Positions 13,406-26,739 are shown, numbered from the stretch's first letter. The stretch is 64,000 bases of DNA from Eledone cirrhosa (GCA_964016885.1 OZ024764.1:3906001-3970000); one strand, 5' to 3'. Made by a program: numbers and translations. The notes: generated by a model not told the origin, from the letters alone.

Positions 13406-14323
13406 TCAGTGATATGGTTTCTCTTCAGTATGACTGCACTTGTGTTTAGTCAAGTGAGCTCTCCGAGAGTACGATCTACCACAGATGTCACAAAGATATG
13501 GCTTCTCTCCTGTATGAATATGTTTGTGAGTAGTTAAGTCACTACTACTATAGAATGATTTACCACAGATATCACAGTGATATGGTTTCTCTCCTGTATG
13601 AATGCGTTTGTGAGTATTTAAAGTACTACCTTCAGAGAATGATTTACCGCAGATATCACAGTGATATGGTTTCTCTCCTGTATGAATACGTATGTGTATA
13701 GTTAATTCATCATTTCGAGAGAATGATTTACCACAGATATCACAGTGATATGGCTTCTCTCCTGTATGGATCCGATTGTGTCTAGTTAAGTCACTACTCA
13801 CAGAGAATGATTCATTACAGATTCCACAATGATATGGTTTCTCTCCTGTATGAACACGTTCATGAGTAGTTAAAGCATTTCTGTGGGAGAACGAGTTCCC
13901 ACAGATATCACAGTGATATGGCTTCTCTCCTGTATGAATATGTTTGTGTTCAATTAAGTTACCTCTTTGAGTGAATGATTTACCACAGATATCACAGTGG
14001 TATGGCTTCTCTCCTGTATGAATACGTTTGTGCTTCGTTAGGTTACCGTTTTCAGAGAATGATTTACCACAGACACCACAGTGATATGGTTTCTCTCCTG
14101 TATGAGTACGTATGTGTTTCGTTAATTTAAATCCTATAGAGAATGATTTACCACAGATATCACAACGATATGGTTTCTCTCCTGAATGAATACACTGGTG
14201 AGTAGATAAGCTAAGTTTTGTAGGGAATGATTTTTTACATATGTCGCAGTCTGATTTTTTTCCTTTATCCATTGGCATCTCATCAGGAAAATCCATCTTT
14301 TTCAACTTTGTTTCACATTTCAT
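13406..14323 (-). CDS. C2H2 zinc-finger protein, 10 tandem fingers, single coding exon
   Basis: 305-aa ORF with repeated CxxC-x12-HxxxH and TGEKPY linkers; short N-terminus paralogous to the 21289 gene. Confidence 0.93.
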   Translation of the reverse strand: MKCETKLKKMDFPDEMPMDKGKKSDCDICKKSFPTKLSLSTHQCIHSGEKPYRCDICGKSFSIGFKLTKHIRTHTGEKPYHCGVCGKSFSENGNLTKHKRIHTGEKPYHCDICGKSFTQRGNLIEHKHIHTGEKPYHCDICGNSFSHRNALTTHERVHTGEKPYHCGICNESFSVSSDLTRHNRIHTGEKPYHCDICGKSFSRNDELTIHIRIHTGEKPYHCDICGKSFSEGSTLNTHKRIHTGEKPYHCDICGKSFYSSSDLTTHKHIHTGEKPYLCDICGRSYSRRAHLTKHKCSHTEEKPYH

Positions 14324-14631
14324 CTTCTTTTAATTTCATTTTCCATAATTTTCCATCTCTCGACAATACTCAGACATTTTATGGAGGTCTATCCCTGGGT
14401 CTCCTGGTTTTGCCCATAAAATCTGTCCAGCAATTCTTTCCAAGTTTAATTAAAATACAAAATTCTCTGGTATATATTCCACACAGTGAAGTAGAGAGGT
14501 TTTGTAACTAAACTCCAAGAGAAGAAATAGTTCACAGTTATTCCACCAAAGATACGATCCCTAAGTGAGACCAGCAAAGCTCACGGCTGTTATCCAAGCA
14601 TCTCGCTTGGAGTCTTCCACTGGGTCTCCCG

Positions 14632-15043
14632 CCATAAAATCTGTCCAACAAATTTCTTTCCAAGTTTAGTTAAAATACAAAATTCTCTGGTATATATTCC
14701 ACACAGTGAAGTAGAGAGGTTTTCTAACTAAACTCCACGAGAAGAAATCACAGTTATTCCACCAAAGATTTACATAAACAGGGTTATATCTGTTTTGTAT
14801 AACAACTTCAGTCTTCAAAAGATAAATATTGACGATGAAACCAAGGTTAAAACATTCTTTCCAATGTCATCAGAATTCTGAAATAATAGAAAAACATTAT
14901 AAAATATTTTATAATAAAACAAATTCAACAGAGGAAATTTTACTGTATCTATAACATAATAAAGTAAGGAGTGTGGGACTGGGTCCCTTTTATATTTTTT
15001 TATCCCATTAGTAAAATAAGTTGGATTACTTTGAATAAATAAT
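14632..15043. repeat. Inverted duplicate (left arm) of 20478-20890: ZNF 5' UTR/intron region with splice acceptor
   Basis: Reverse complement of 20478-20890; acceptor-like tttcag|aattctg on each gene's sense strand. Confidence 0.9.
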
Positions 15044-15232
15044 TGTTTCTACTTTAGGCACAAGGCCAGCAATATCCCAGTGTATTACTGGTACTTTATT
15101 TTATCGACCTTGTAAGGATGAAAGGCAAAGTTAACCTTGGCGGGATTTGGACTCGAATCGTCAAGGGCCGTAACTCTATGCTGCAAAGCATGGCGTCCGA
15201 CCCTCTACCGATACTGCCAACCCACCGCCCTC
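15044..15232 (-). mobile_element. SINE (family B) with 15-bp target-site duplication
   Basis: TSD ctttgaataaataat on both sides; empty site in paralogous copies near 9270 and 20480; related copies at 55439-55622, 56945-57650, 23450-23555, 61178-61280. Confidence 0.85.
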
Positions 15233-15948
15233 TTTGAATAAATAATGAATGAATATTACATAATTTATCTACTGAATTTCGTAGCTGTTGATTAAACATA
15301 AATATTCTTATATAATGATTGCTTATTTTAAGATTCACTTCTTTAAAATTTTCAAATGTCAACACTTCCAGTTAGTGTTCGTTACATCATTACTGCACCA
15401 GCTTTTGCACTTAGTTTCAGATGTGTTATTTTGTCGTATGGTTCGTCAATGAAACCTCTTGGTTAGCGGCAATCTGGTGCATTCAGCTAACAGGCCGAAG
15501 AAGGCAGCTGTCAAAGTATCGCCTGCTCTCTGCTGACGGTTATCAGAGTAGAGTGGGGATCCCACAGGTGTAAGCTCCATGATGGTAGAGTGGTCGTTCC
15601 AACATCTTTCTCACTGTCCTCGGGGACAATGTATTCTCCATCATGTCAATCAGAACCACAAGATGGAGGGTAAGATTGTTGGAGGTGGAGGATACTCGTT
15701 TGGGCGTCACACATACAACAATGTCAATTCAATGTTTGTTACTAAGGGAAAAAAACAAGATATTTCTAGAAACAAAATGAGTTATTGATTAAAAATGTTT
15801 AAAAAATGTTCTAGGTATGTTTGTCTTGGGTTTTACGCTGTAGATATACATAAAGACAATATGATAAAAATAAATCGATTAGGCTATGTATCCAGTAAAC
15901 CCGAAAGGGACGCAACACATCTTTATAGCGTTTCAACAGCCCCTTCCT

Positions 15949-16355
15949 TCTCTTGTCTCTATCTGTCTATATATCTACCTGTAGATGTATGTATATGTAG
16001 GTTTACACCTCTCTTGTCTCTATCTGTCTATATATCTACCTGTAGATGTGTGTATATGTAGGTTTACACCCCTCTTGTCTCTATCTGTCTATATATCTAC
16101 CTGTAGATGTGTGTATATGTAGGTTTACACCTGTCTTGTCTCTATCTGTCTATATATCTACCTGTAGATGTGTGTATATGTAGGTTTACACCTTTCTTGT
16201 CTCTATCTGTCTATATATCTACCTGTAGATGTGTGTATATGTAGGTTTACACCTGTCTTGTCTCTATCTGTCTATATATCTACCTGTAGATGTGTGTATA
16301 TGTAGGTTTACACCTCTCTTGTCTCTATCTGTCTATATATCTACCTGTAGATGTG
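15949..16355. repeat. 61-bp minisatellite (about 6.5 units)
   Basis: ctcttgtctctatctgtctatatatctacctgtagatgtgtgtatatgtaggtttacacct; reverse complement of the 62445-64000 array. Confidence 0.95.
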
Positions 16356-17224
16356 TGGTGGCATACATTTACAGGTAAATCAGTTGGTGGCATGGAACTC
16401 ATAGAAGAGCTGGACAGCAGAAGGCTTTCAGTAAAGAAGAAACGGACCCTTAAGCAAGAGTTTTGGTCCTTAACACTTGAGATTTTTTACACAAGAAAAT
16501 ATTAGTGGGCTGTTTTTACAGTCTAGGTAACAATTGTAGATATATATAGAGGCGGAATGATAATAGCAAATATACCTTCAAGGTGGAATTGGGTAGACAG
16601 AAAGCGCAGTAAAGTCAGTCAGTGGTAATAAACGGGACAGGTAATGGCTGAATAGAGAAGCAAAACGAGGAAAATCCTGCCACTTTTACCCCCTTACGGA
16701 CAACTGAAGATGCATACCAGGTCCGAACATAGGGGAGCCAAACTCCCACTGTCATCGTCTCCATCTCTCTGTATAGTGAGCAAATGGGGTCCCACATGCT
16801 GACCACCTCGTGGCCCCGGCAGACAGAATGGTGAAGAGCCATTCTATTTCATGAGGCTCACACCTGCAGCTAGCTAGCTAGCTCAGCGCCTATGGTGGTA
16901 AGTAGGGAGGTAGCCCTAGGGCCAAAGACACCAGAAGTCTCCACTGCTATGGGTAGCCCTAGGGTCAAGGACAACAGAAGGTCTTCAGAGAAGAAACGAC
17001 ACCTTAAACAAGTGTTTCGGTCCTTAACTTCTGACAGTTTTTACGAGATAAAACATATTTCATGGGGTGTTTCTTTTTAACGGGGTAAGTAGCTAGATAT
17101 TATAGATATATATGGAGGAAATAATAAAAGTAAATATACCTTCTGGGTAGAATTTGATGGATAAAAGTGGAGTAAAGTCAGTCGGGTGTTTTGTTGTCGA
17201 CATGGAGGAAATAGTGATACAAGG

Positions 17225-17670
17225 AATTACTGGATCCTGATTGGTCAGTTTAGTTCACGTGGTAAGAACTGGAGCAGATGACGGAAAGGGAAGTAATTCA
17301 GTAGTGTTGGTAATACACACACCTAGGACCACATACAACACACCAGCAGGTAATACCCACGTCTAGGACCACATAACCAGGTAATACACACATCTAGGGG
17401 CACATGCAACACACCAGCAGGTAATACCCACGTCTAGGACCACATAACCAGGTAATACACAAATCTAGGACCACATAACCAGGTAATACACACATCTAGG
17501 ACCACATGCAACACTCAAGCAGGTAATGCACGCACCTAGGACCCCATATAACACACCAGCTGGTAATACACACGTCTAGAGCCATCACACTCGCAGATGG
17601 CGAGGCCGAGGTGCTGGAACAATCAAGCATCAACAGTTACTTCTGTTAGGCGAGCAGCCAATGAAGATAA
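17225..17670. promoter_or_regulatory. Possible (bidirectional) promoter region between the ZNF genes
   Basis: ctgattggtc (reverse CCAAT) near 17238, cacgtg E-box near 17257, agccaatg near 17656; position between divergent genes; motif-level evidence only. Confidence 0.25.
17308..17582. repeat. Minisatellite ggtaatacacacatctaggaccacata(acc)
   Basis: Direct inspection, about 8 imperfect units. Confidence 0.85.
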
Positions 17671-18437
17671 GAACCTAGTAGCCTGTAACCCGACTTCCTC
17701 CAAACGTCTCAAACAAAGATTTAATAATATAAACATCACAATGTAGATAATTATAGTTAAATAAGTTGGATAAGTAGCACCCCAAACCACACATCTCTTG
17801 TATGTAAGGCAAGGAGTACTGGGCAACCTCTCTAATGACAAAAATATATATCTTATAATATCATTCCATTTTTGTGGACACAAATGTATTTGATTCAAGG
17901 TTTGGTTTTAACGGATTTAACCACTACATTTACGATGGAGTTTGGTGGGGGAGAGAGAGAGATAGGACGGAAAAAACAGCGCAGGAGACTTATTAGAAAG
18001 CACCGGTTTATGAATTTTGTCATCAAAGAAATAATTTTTTATATCATTGAACCTCGAAGATATCAATATATATAAAATACCAGGATAAACAATTCTACTT
18101 CTTAATGGTTGATATTTAAATAATACAACTAAATGTTATCGTTTGTTTATTTTAGAAATATTTTCACCGATTATTTTTTGTTTTAAGTTTCACCAATTTT
18201 AGCCGTGAGTAGCAATTGTTTTCCTTCTTTCTTCGTATTCTTCCCCTTATTCTTGAAAAGGTCGTGAGGGCCAGAGTCAAACACTCCTTCCAGCAGGTCC
18301 TGTCAGAAGCAATTGATCCAACTGTATCTCTGAGAGAGACAAGCCGAACTCGTGGATGTTATTTAACAACCTTGCTTGGGGTGTGTCTACCCCTGGGTCT
18401 CTACCCTGTTTGTTGGTTTTGCACGTAAAATCTGTCC

Positions 18438-18655
18438 AGATTCTTTCCTGAGACATTCTAACCACATGTCTGTAGTATCAGAGCTGTGATCTCTCAATTA
18501 AGAGATTCTTACCTGAGACATTCTAACCACATGTCTGTAGTATCAGACCTGTGATCTCTCAGTTCAAAGATTCTTTCCTCAGACATTCTAACCACATGTC
18601 TGTAGTATCAGAGCTATGATCTCTCAATTCACAGATTCTTTCCTGATACATTCTA
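18438..18655. repeat. ~65-bp tandem repeat (about 3.5 units)
   Basis: agattctttcctgagacattctaaccacatgtctgtagtatcagagctgtgatctctc repeated. Confidence 0.88.
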
Positions 18656-19772
18656 GTAGCGTTACCCCCAAAGACCCTTCGGAAGAACTCCATTTGGGCC
18701 GTTTGTATTCACATGAGAAATAGGGAAAATGGGTGCTTTTTATCGTGTCCCCGACACAATCACTTTATAGTGTAGACTGGGTGCTCCCTATATATATGTG
18801 TGTGTGTACCAATGTTCTACTATATATATCATCATCGTTTAACGTCCATCTTCCACGGTAGCGTGGGTTAGACGGGAGTTGTCCCACTTGAGGCAAGATT
18901 GGTCGGGTGACCCTGTCTGGCAGGTTTTCTACGGCTGGATGACCTTCCTAACACCAACCACATTTATAGTGTGGACTGGGTGCTTTTTACCGTGTTACCT
19001 ACACTACCACATTACAGCGTGGACTGGGTGTTGTGGTACCAACATAACTTTATAAAGAGAGGGTGGTGTTGGTGGGAGTGGGAGGATGAAGTAGGGGTAG
19101 TGGGTTGGGGTGTATGTTTGGTTTGGAGGGGCCTACTGACTGTAGGTTAACTTTGTACATAGGCAAGACGGGTCTTCCGTATTACTGTGTGACCCCAAAG
19201 GCCTGATATATATATATATATATGTATACACAGAGTGTGCTATAAATATACATATATGTGTATATATACATATACATATACACAGAGTATGGTATAAATA
19301 TATATGTATATGTGTGTGTGTGTACCAATCATCTCATCATCATCATCTTCGTTTAACGTCCATCTTCCACGCTAGCATGGGTTAGACCGTCTTCTACTAT
19401 ATATATAAAGAATAGTGTGCTCATGTATGGAGTTGCTATAAAATAGGGTGAAGGCTCTTAAAAATGGAAAAAGAAATTACCATCAGCCACTATATGAGTG
19501 TGTCTGTGTGTGTGTTACACAATATGACTGCGTAATTAATCTGTACAAATGATGACATCACATTAAAAATGTATGATGTAATTTTAATAATGAATTAATG
19601 AGTAAAATTCAATATTTCATGTAAAAGTTTCCATCTATCATATATCATTGTAGAAATACAGTAGAATTTCCTCTCTTGAATTTATATTTTATTATTAAAT
19701 ATCTTCTGTAGTTTGTAATATTTTTGAAAATGTTAAAGAAGTGAATCTTAAAATAAGCAATCGTTATATATA

Positions 19773-20427
19773 AGAACGAAGCCTGCATGCTCCGATGGAT
19801 GCGTAATAGTAATATACGCGAACAGCAAAGCATAAATTAATTGAGAGAGAGACTGAGCATAAGAGGAATCAAATGCTGTTTGCAGGAGAGGCGGTTGCGT
19901 TGGTAAGGACATGTGATGCGTATGAAGGATGACAGCTGCATAAAAAGGTGCAGAGCACTGGAAGTCAATGGAAACTGCGGAGTGGGGAAACCCAAGAAGA
20001 CCTGGGATGAGGTGATAAACGCCGACCTTACCCAATTGCACCTCTCAAAGGCGATGACACATGACCGTGACCTCTGGCGTCACGCAGTAATACAGAAGAC
20101 CCGACCCCCCACGGGTACAAGCCGAAGCTGAAATATATAGACAATATGCCCCCACCCTCTCCCACTGCAAAGAGGTCGTGGAGGTGCCACGGCAAAAAAA
20201 CACCCAGCCCACACTGTAAAGTGGTCCTGTAGGCGCCACGGCAGAAAAGCACCCAGCCCACACTGTAAATGAGGTCGGTGTTAGGAAGAGCATCCAGCTG
20301 TAGAAATCAAGCCAGAAGCAGTTCCTGTATGAGCAAGACATGGTCAGCCAACCGGACACTGTCCACAACAGAACAACCCGTCTAACCCATGCTAACGTGG
20401 AAGAACGGACGTAAAACAATGATGATG
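19773..20427 (+). mobile_element. 5'-truncated RTE LINE 3' end with 3' UTR and (GAT)n tail
   Basis: Decayed MLRWM...RRLRW*GHVMRM...GKPKKTWDEV...DRDLWR, followed by the shared 3' UTR and gatgatg. Confidence 0.85.
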
Positions 20428-20477
20428 TTTAATCAACAAGCTACAAAATTTAGTAGATAAATTATGTAATATTCATT

Positions 20478-20890
20478 CATTATTTATTCAAAGTAATCCA
20501 ACTTATTTTACTAATGGGATAAAAAAATATAAAAGGGACCCAGTCCCACACTCCTTACTTTATTATGTTATAGATACAGTAAAATTTCCTCTGTTGAATT
20601 TGTTTTATTATAAAATATTTTATAATGTTTTTCTATTATTTCAGAATTCTGATGACATTGGAAAGAATGTTTTAACCTTGGTTTCATCGTCAATATTTAT
20701 CTTTTGAAGACTGAAGTTGTTATACAAAACAGATATAACCCTGTTTATGTAAATCTTTGGTGGAATAACTGTGATTTCTTCTCGTGGAGTTTAGTTAGAA
20801 AACCTCTCTACTTCACTGTGTGGAATATATACCAGAGAATTTTGTATTTTAACTAAACTTGGAAAGAAATTTGTTGGACAGATTTTATGG
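20478..20890. repeat. Inverted duplicate (right arm) of 14632-15043
   Basis: No differences found by eye versus the reverse complement of the left arm. Confidence 0.9.
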
Positions 20891-21288
20891 AAGGGGACCC
20901 AGGAGAAGACTCCAAGCGAGATGCTTGGATAACAGCCGTGAGCTTTGCTGGTCTCACTTAGGGATCGTATCTTTGGTAGAATAACTGAAATATTTCCCCT
21001 CTTTGGGTTTATTAACAAAATTTCTTGACTTCACTGTGTGGAATATATACAGATTTTATGGGCAAAACCAAGAGACCCAGGGGAAGACTCCAAGCAAATG
21101 GTTGGATAACAGCCGTGAGCTTGGCTGGTTTTGTTTGAGGATCCATCCAAATCAACTGGAGGCAGGTGTTTCTGACAGGACCTTTTGAAGACTAAAAGAA
21201 GTTGAAGGATTTGTTAGGGATAAAATATTAAAAATGGGAAACCAGAAAAAAGCATAATCTGTATAATTTTGTTGAGAAAATAAGCATT

Positions 21289-22383
21289 ATGGAAAATAAA
21301 TTGTCTGAGAAGAGGAAATGTGAAACAGAGTCTAAAAAGATGGATTTTCCTGATGAGATGCCAAGGGATTCAGAAAATACATCAAATTGCTGTGAGATCT
21401 GCAACAAGTCATTCTCTCGAAAAAGTAACCTCACCACACACCAACGTACTCACACAGGAGAGAAACCATATCACTGCGACATCTGTGGTAAATCATTCTC
21501 TCAAACGAGTGATATTACAAGACACAAACGTACCCATACAGGAGAGAAACCATATCACTGTGATATTTGTGGTAAATCATTCTCTCTGAATGATCACTTA
21601 ACTAAACACAAGCACATTCATTCACTAAAGAAACCATATCACTGTGGTATCTGTGGTAAATCATTCTCTCAAGCTAGTGACATAACTAGACACATACCGA
21701 TTCATACAGGAAACAAACCATATGAATGTGACATCTGTGGGAAATCATTCTCTCAAACTGGTCTTTTAAATAGACACAAACAGATCCATACAGGAGAGAA
21801 ACCATATTACTGTGATATCTGTGGTAAATCATTTTCTCAAAATAATCACTTAACTACACACAAACGCATCCATACAGGAGAAAAACCATATCACTGTGAT
21901 ATTTGTGGTAAATCATTCTCTCAAAATGATCACTTGGCTACTCACAGACGTATTCATTCAGGTGAGAAACCATATCACTGTGATATCTGTGGTAAATCAT
22001 TCACTCAAAATGATAACTTAACTAGACATAAACGTGTTCATACTAGAGAAAAACCATATCACTGTGAAATCTGTGGTAAATCCTTCTCTCATACAAGTAG
22101 CTTAAGTATACATGTACATATCCATACAGGAGAGAAGCCATATCCTTGTGATATCTGTGGTAAATCATTCTCTCGAAATGATCACTTATCTTTACACAAA
22201 TACATCCATACAGGAGAGAAACCATTTCACTGTGATATCTGTGGTAAATCATTCTCTCAAGGTAGTACTTTGACGGCACACAATCGTATTCATACAGGAG
22301 AGAAACCATATCACTGTGACATCTGTGGTAAATCATTCTCTCAAAACGGTAACTTAACTGCTCACAAACGTATTCATACATAA
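21289..22383 (+). CDS. C2H2 zinc-finger protein, 12 tandem fingers, single coding exon
   Basis: 364-aa ORF with repeated [11 protein letters not shown]...HxxxHTGEKP. Confidence 0.94.
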   Translation: MENKLSEKRKCETESKKMDFPDEMPRDSENTSNCCEICNKSFSRKSNLTTHQRTHTGEKPYHCDICGKSFSQTSDITRHKRTHTGEKPYHCDICGKSFSLNDHLTKHKHIHSLKKPYHCGICGKSFSQASDITRHIPIHTGNKPYECDICGKSFSQTGLLNRHKQIHTGEKPYYCDICGKSFSQNNHLTTHKRIHTGEKPYHCDICGKSFSQNDHLATHRRIHSGEKPYHCDICGKSFTQNDNLTRHKRVHTREKPYHCEICGKSFSHTSSLSIHVHIHTGEKPYPCDICGKSFSRNDHLSLHKYIHTGEKPFHCDICGKSFSQGSTLTAHNRIHTGEKPYHCDICGKSFSQNGNLTAHKRIHT

Positions 22384-23139
22384 GAGAAACCATTTCACTG
22401 TGATATCTGTGGTACATCATTCTCAAAAATACACAATTACATTACTCTATATTTATTATTATATTTTTGTGGTAAAGGCCTTATTTAACATAATTATCTA
22501 ACATAATATCAAATCGCTGAGATTTAGATGTTGTTTATTTTGAGAACAATACCTTAACGTCAGTATGAGTGGCTGGTTATGGCCCGTTTCAACAGAAAGA
22601 GGTGAGAGAATTCTGGACAGATATGGCTGGTTTAAATGCTAAAAGGGTAACTACTCATGTATGTACTAATATAGATTAGATATTATATCAACAGTCATTT
22701 CATTACATTAATAGATAATATAACAATTTAAAAAATGGCTGCATAACAACAACACAAGGTATTCTGCTCAAACTTAACTACTACTTGATAAAAGGATTTT
22801 ATGCAGAAATATTAAAGGATAATTAATCTTTAGCACACAAGTAAATTTTTGAGTTGTTTCCCTTGACAGTGCATTATCTATTAAGGGGAGGTTACTCATA
22901 TGGCGCCCTGTGCAGTTGTTAACGTTGAAGATTTAAACATCTTCAGGGTATGACACATTGAGTTAGGGCCCTTGCCTTTCATCCTTACGGGGTCGATAAA
23001 TAAAGTACCAGTAATGTACTGCGTAATTGCTGGCCTTGTGCCAATAGTAGAAACAATTATTTTAACATTAAATGTCCTAATTTATATTGCTGTAGCCCTC
23101 TGAAAATAAACACTATCTTATGTAGATATATATATATAT

Positions 23140-23425
23140 GGGGTAACAAGTTATCGTTATAGGTAATCTAGTTAGAGGTTGTGAGTACTCTGTACTGTGG
23201 ATAGTTTTAACGTACAGCTTTGTTTAACTCAACAAGATGTTTCCATAGTTAGGCAGTGAGTTTGCAGTAATTACTTGGAGTAATAATAGTGAAAGTGAAG
23301 AGTAACATGGTTGGCTGTACAAGGGGCTTTATTTCAGCTATTAACAATTGTTTCATTGATCAGGTGAGTCTAGAGGTCGCTAATCGCTCGAAGTTGGGTC
23401 ACTTGATCTCCATTAAATTATTTAC
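23140..23425. mobile_element. Dispersed (TA)n-anchored repeat, probable PLE pseudo-LTR family
   Basis: Related segments at 9880-10045 (rearranged) and 57950-58130 plus 58570-58710; contains GAAA-(A)CAATTG-TT hammerhead 3' half on minus. Confidence 0.5.
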
Positions 23426-23784
23426 CTCTGACCAAATCCTCGTATTCCGATGAAAGGCAAAGTTAACCGGCGGGATTTGAACTCAAATCGTAAAGGGACG
23501 TAACTATGCTGGAAAGCATGGCGTCCGACCCTCTACCGATACTGCCAATCCACCACCCAAAATGCTAATTATAGAATAATGTAAATGTTAAAGGGTTAAA
23601 CGATGATGATACACAAACTATGAAATAAAATATTTCATGACACCATAATATTAAGAAGTACTGTTGTTGATGTGTGAAAGGTAATTTTCAAAATATTTCT
23701 ATGTGCTTTGAATAAACAGACAGAAAGATTTTGGGACTTAAGGCAACAAGACAATGCAGGATAGCTTTTAACTATCACAATCAT

Positions 23785-24170
23785 CATCATCATCATTTTA
23801 CAGCCACTTTTCCCTGCTTGCAAGGGTGGGATGGGAACTGATTCTGGCTTGATGTCTACAGCTGGATGCCCTTCCTAACACCAACCTCATTTACAGTGAA
23901 TGCTGGGTGCTATTTTTTCTGTGGTGCCTACACGTCCACTTTACAGTGTGGGCTGGGTGCTTTTTTTCACCGTGGCACCTCCACGACCACTTTGCAGTGG
24001 AATGATAGGGATCCCAGTCCCTATCATCTCATTTCTACAGCTGAGTAATCTGGAGCAATTTGAAATAAAGTGTCTTGCTCAAGGAAACAACACATCTCCC
24101 GGTCTGAGAATTGAACTCACAACCTTTCGATTGTAAGGCCAATGCTCTAACCACTAAGCCATGTGCCTCC
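23785..24170 (-). mobile_element. tRNA-derived SINE (family A) with RTE-like 3' tail
   Basis: Minus strand ggaggcacatggcttagtgg (A box)...gagttcaattc (B box)...ccttgagcaagacactt...(GAT)n; copies at 31760-32095 and 55639-55980. Confidence 0.85.
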
Positions 24171-24224
24171 ATATTAAACGGTGATGAAGATGATGATATC
24201 ATCATCATCACGCTCAAAATCAAT

Positions 24225-25800
24225 AGAGGCCTTTGCTATAGCTACCAGTCAGAGGGACACCGCCTCTCCTTCATTCTTATATGAAGGTGGCTGGGTGATC
24301 TTCACGATGGATTTGTCCCACACGTGACAGTAGCTGTTGGACATAATTCCACAGGTCGGTCATCCCTGGGCAATGAACACTTGCGTGCAGGACGGTTTCA
24401 ATGTCCTGCTCGCATCTTGGAGGTCTTCGCTGGATCCGTGCCTGTAGATTTTGTCTCGAACTGGTAGAGCTCCTCGGTAGCACTGCCAGGCCAGAGACCT
24501 CTGGAAGTCATCCACAGGCCCTGGACGGAAAGTCCTCCCGAACAGACTGGCCAGTTCGTCCTCTTCGATGCCCAGAGTCTCCCCAAGAATCTCATCGCAC
24601 TTATCCTCCACTAATCCCGTATAGAATGTCGAAGTGGAGTCCCTGCTGATTGCCATTTCCGCTTGGTAGAGGGCTGTGAGCACCTATAGATAGATAATTT
24701 TCTTTTCGAACTGGTAGAGCTCCTCGGTAGCACTGCCAGGCCAGAGACCTCTGGAAGTCATCCACAGGCCCTGGACGGAAAGTCCTCCCGAACAGACTGG
24801 CCAGTTCGTCCTCTTCGATGCCCAGAGTCTCCCCAAGAATCTCATCGCACTTATCCTCCACTAATCCCGTATAGAATGTCGAAGTGGAGTCCCTGCTGAT
24901 TGCCATTTCCGCTTGGTAGAGGGCTGTGAGCACCTATAGATAGATAATTTTCTTTTCGAACTGGTAGAGCTCCTCGGTAGCACTGCCAGGCCAGAGACCT
25001 CTGGAAGTCATCCACAGGCCCTGGACGGAAAGTCCTCCCGAACAGACTGGCCAGTTCGTCCTCTTCGATGCCCAGAGTCTCCCCAAGAATCTCATCGCAC
25101 TTATCCTCCACTAATCCCGTATAGAATGTCGAAGTGGAGTCTCTGCTGATTGCCATTTCCGCTTGGTAGAGGGCTGTGAGCACCTATAGATAGATAATTT
25201 TCTTTTCGAACTGGTAGAGCTCCTCGGTAGCACTGCCAGGCCAGAGACCTCTGGAAGTCATCCACAGGCCCTGGACGGAAAGTCCTCCCGAACAGACTGG
25301 CCAGTTCGTCCTCTTCGATGCCCAGAGTCTCCCCAAGAATCTCATCGCACTTATCCTCCACTAATCCCGTATAGAATGTCGAAGTGGAGTCTCTGCTGAT
25401 TGCCATTTCCGCTTGGTAGAGGGCTGTGAGCACCTATAGATAGATAATTTTCTTTTTATTTGCCACCAGGGCATCAAAGAGTGGGACAAGTACAATGGGG
25501 AGAGTTTACATGAAAAGGCGTCCTCAATAAGGAGGAGGCAATAACAAAGTATAAAAATAAAATAAAATATAACAAAATCCTCAATAGGGAGGAGGCGCCT
25601 TGGGGGGTCGCACACACCCCCGAAAAAAAGTGTGCAACCCTTCTCCTCAGGAGCACAGAGAGCGGGTGCTCCCTTGATCTTTCATCTTCCTCACCTATAG
25701 TCTGATGTAGAGTGAAGGCCCATTCACACGGGCCATTCTCGCCACTTTCACCCATCTTTCATAAAAACGGCTGGGGTGCAGCATCTCTCTCTCCATCACA
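24225..25800 (-). mobile_element. Tx1/L1-clade LINE 3' fragments with a 250-bp segment tandemly repeated about 4 times
   Basis: FQRSLAWQCYRGALPVRDK, ETVLHASVHC zinc-knuckle-like region, RFYERWVKVARMARVNGP; ORFs recur at 250-bp spacing. Confidence 0.8.
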
Positions 25801-25915
25801 CGCATATATATATAATACACACAGATATATATGTATATATGTATATATATATATATATATATATGAAAAACAAGGGGAAGAAGAATACTGCATGGTTGCA
25901 CATGGATTACATATT

Positions 25916-26021
25916 ATAAAATTAGTCCCTCATCAGTGATTTTGCCAACCATCATTGTGATTTTTAATGCGATGAAATACCAATGATGGTTGGCAAAATC
26001 ACAATGAGGGACTAATTTTAT
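25916..26021. repeat. Fold-back inverted repeat (about 40-bp arms) between (TA)n tracts
   Basis: ataaaattagtccctcat-cagtgattttgccaaccatcattg ... caatgatggttggcaaaatcac-aatgagggactaattttat. Confidence 0.85.
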
Positions 26022-26739
26022 ATATATATAACAAAGTGCAGGGCAATAAAGATAGACGGTAGTCACGGAATAGGCAGACCTAGAAAAACCTGGGACGAGC
26101 TGATAAACTCCGACATCACACACTTACACCTCTCCAAGACAATGTCACTGGACCGAGACCTTTGGCGGTACTCAGTAACAGAGAAGACCCGCCTTACCTA
26201 AATATATAGTAAAACCTACTCCAGCCAGTAGGCATCTCTAACAAAATACACCCCGTCCCACCACCCCCACCCCCACCCCATCCACACCACCCCGTTCTAT
26301 GTAAAGTTATGTTGGTGCCGCGCCATCGAGGCCGAAACAAATGAGATCGTGTAGGTGTCACAACAAAAAAACACACAGTCCACGCTGTAATGTGGCCGTG
26401 TAGGCAACACGGTAAAAACCTCCCAGCCCCACACTGTAAATGTGGTTGGTGTTAGGAAGGGCATCCAGCTGTAGAAAACCTGCCAGACAGTCCTATGCGA
26501 GCAAGACAATCACTCTTGCCTCAAGTGGGACTACCCCCGTCCAAACCCATGCAAGCGTGGAACACGGACGTTAAACGTTGATGATGATGATGATGATGAT
26601 ATATATGTATATAGACAGACAGACATATAGATAGATAAACAGACAGATAGATAGATAGACAGAGAGAGAGAGAGATATACAGATATATATAAACACACAT
26701 ATAGAGAGAGTGGACGAGAAACTATGTGTGTGTGATAGA

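Noticed and set aside
20645-20680. CTGATGA followed by a short hairpin
   Set aside because: No GAAA/stem III/NUH in register; it is the start of the ZNF exon
22903-22955. Minus-strand CTGAAGA with hairpin and ccc/ggg flanks
   Set aside because: GAAA core missing; at most a decayed hammerhead
25885-25945. Minus-strand CTGATGA-GGGA in the 25916 fold-back
   Set aside because: No intact GAAA or stem I partner; not counted as a ribozyme
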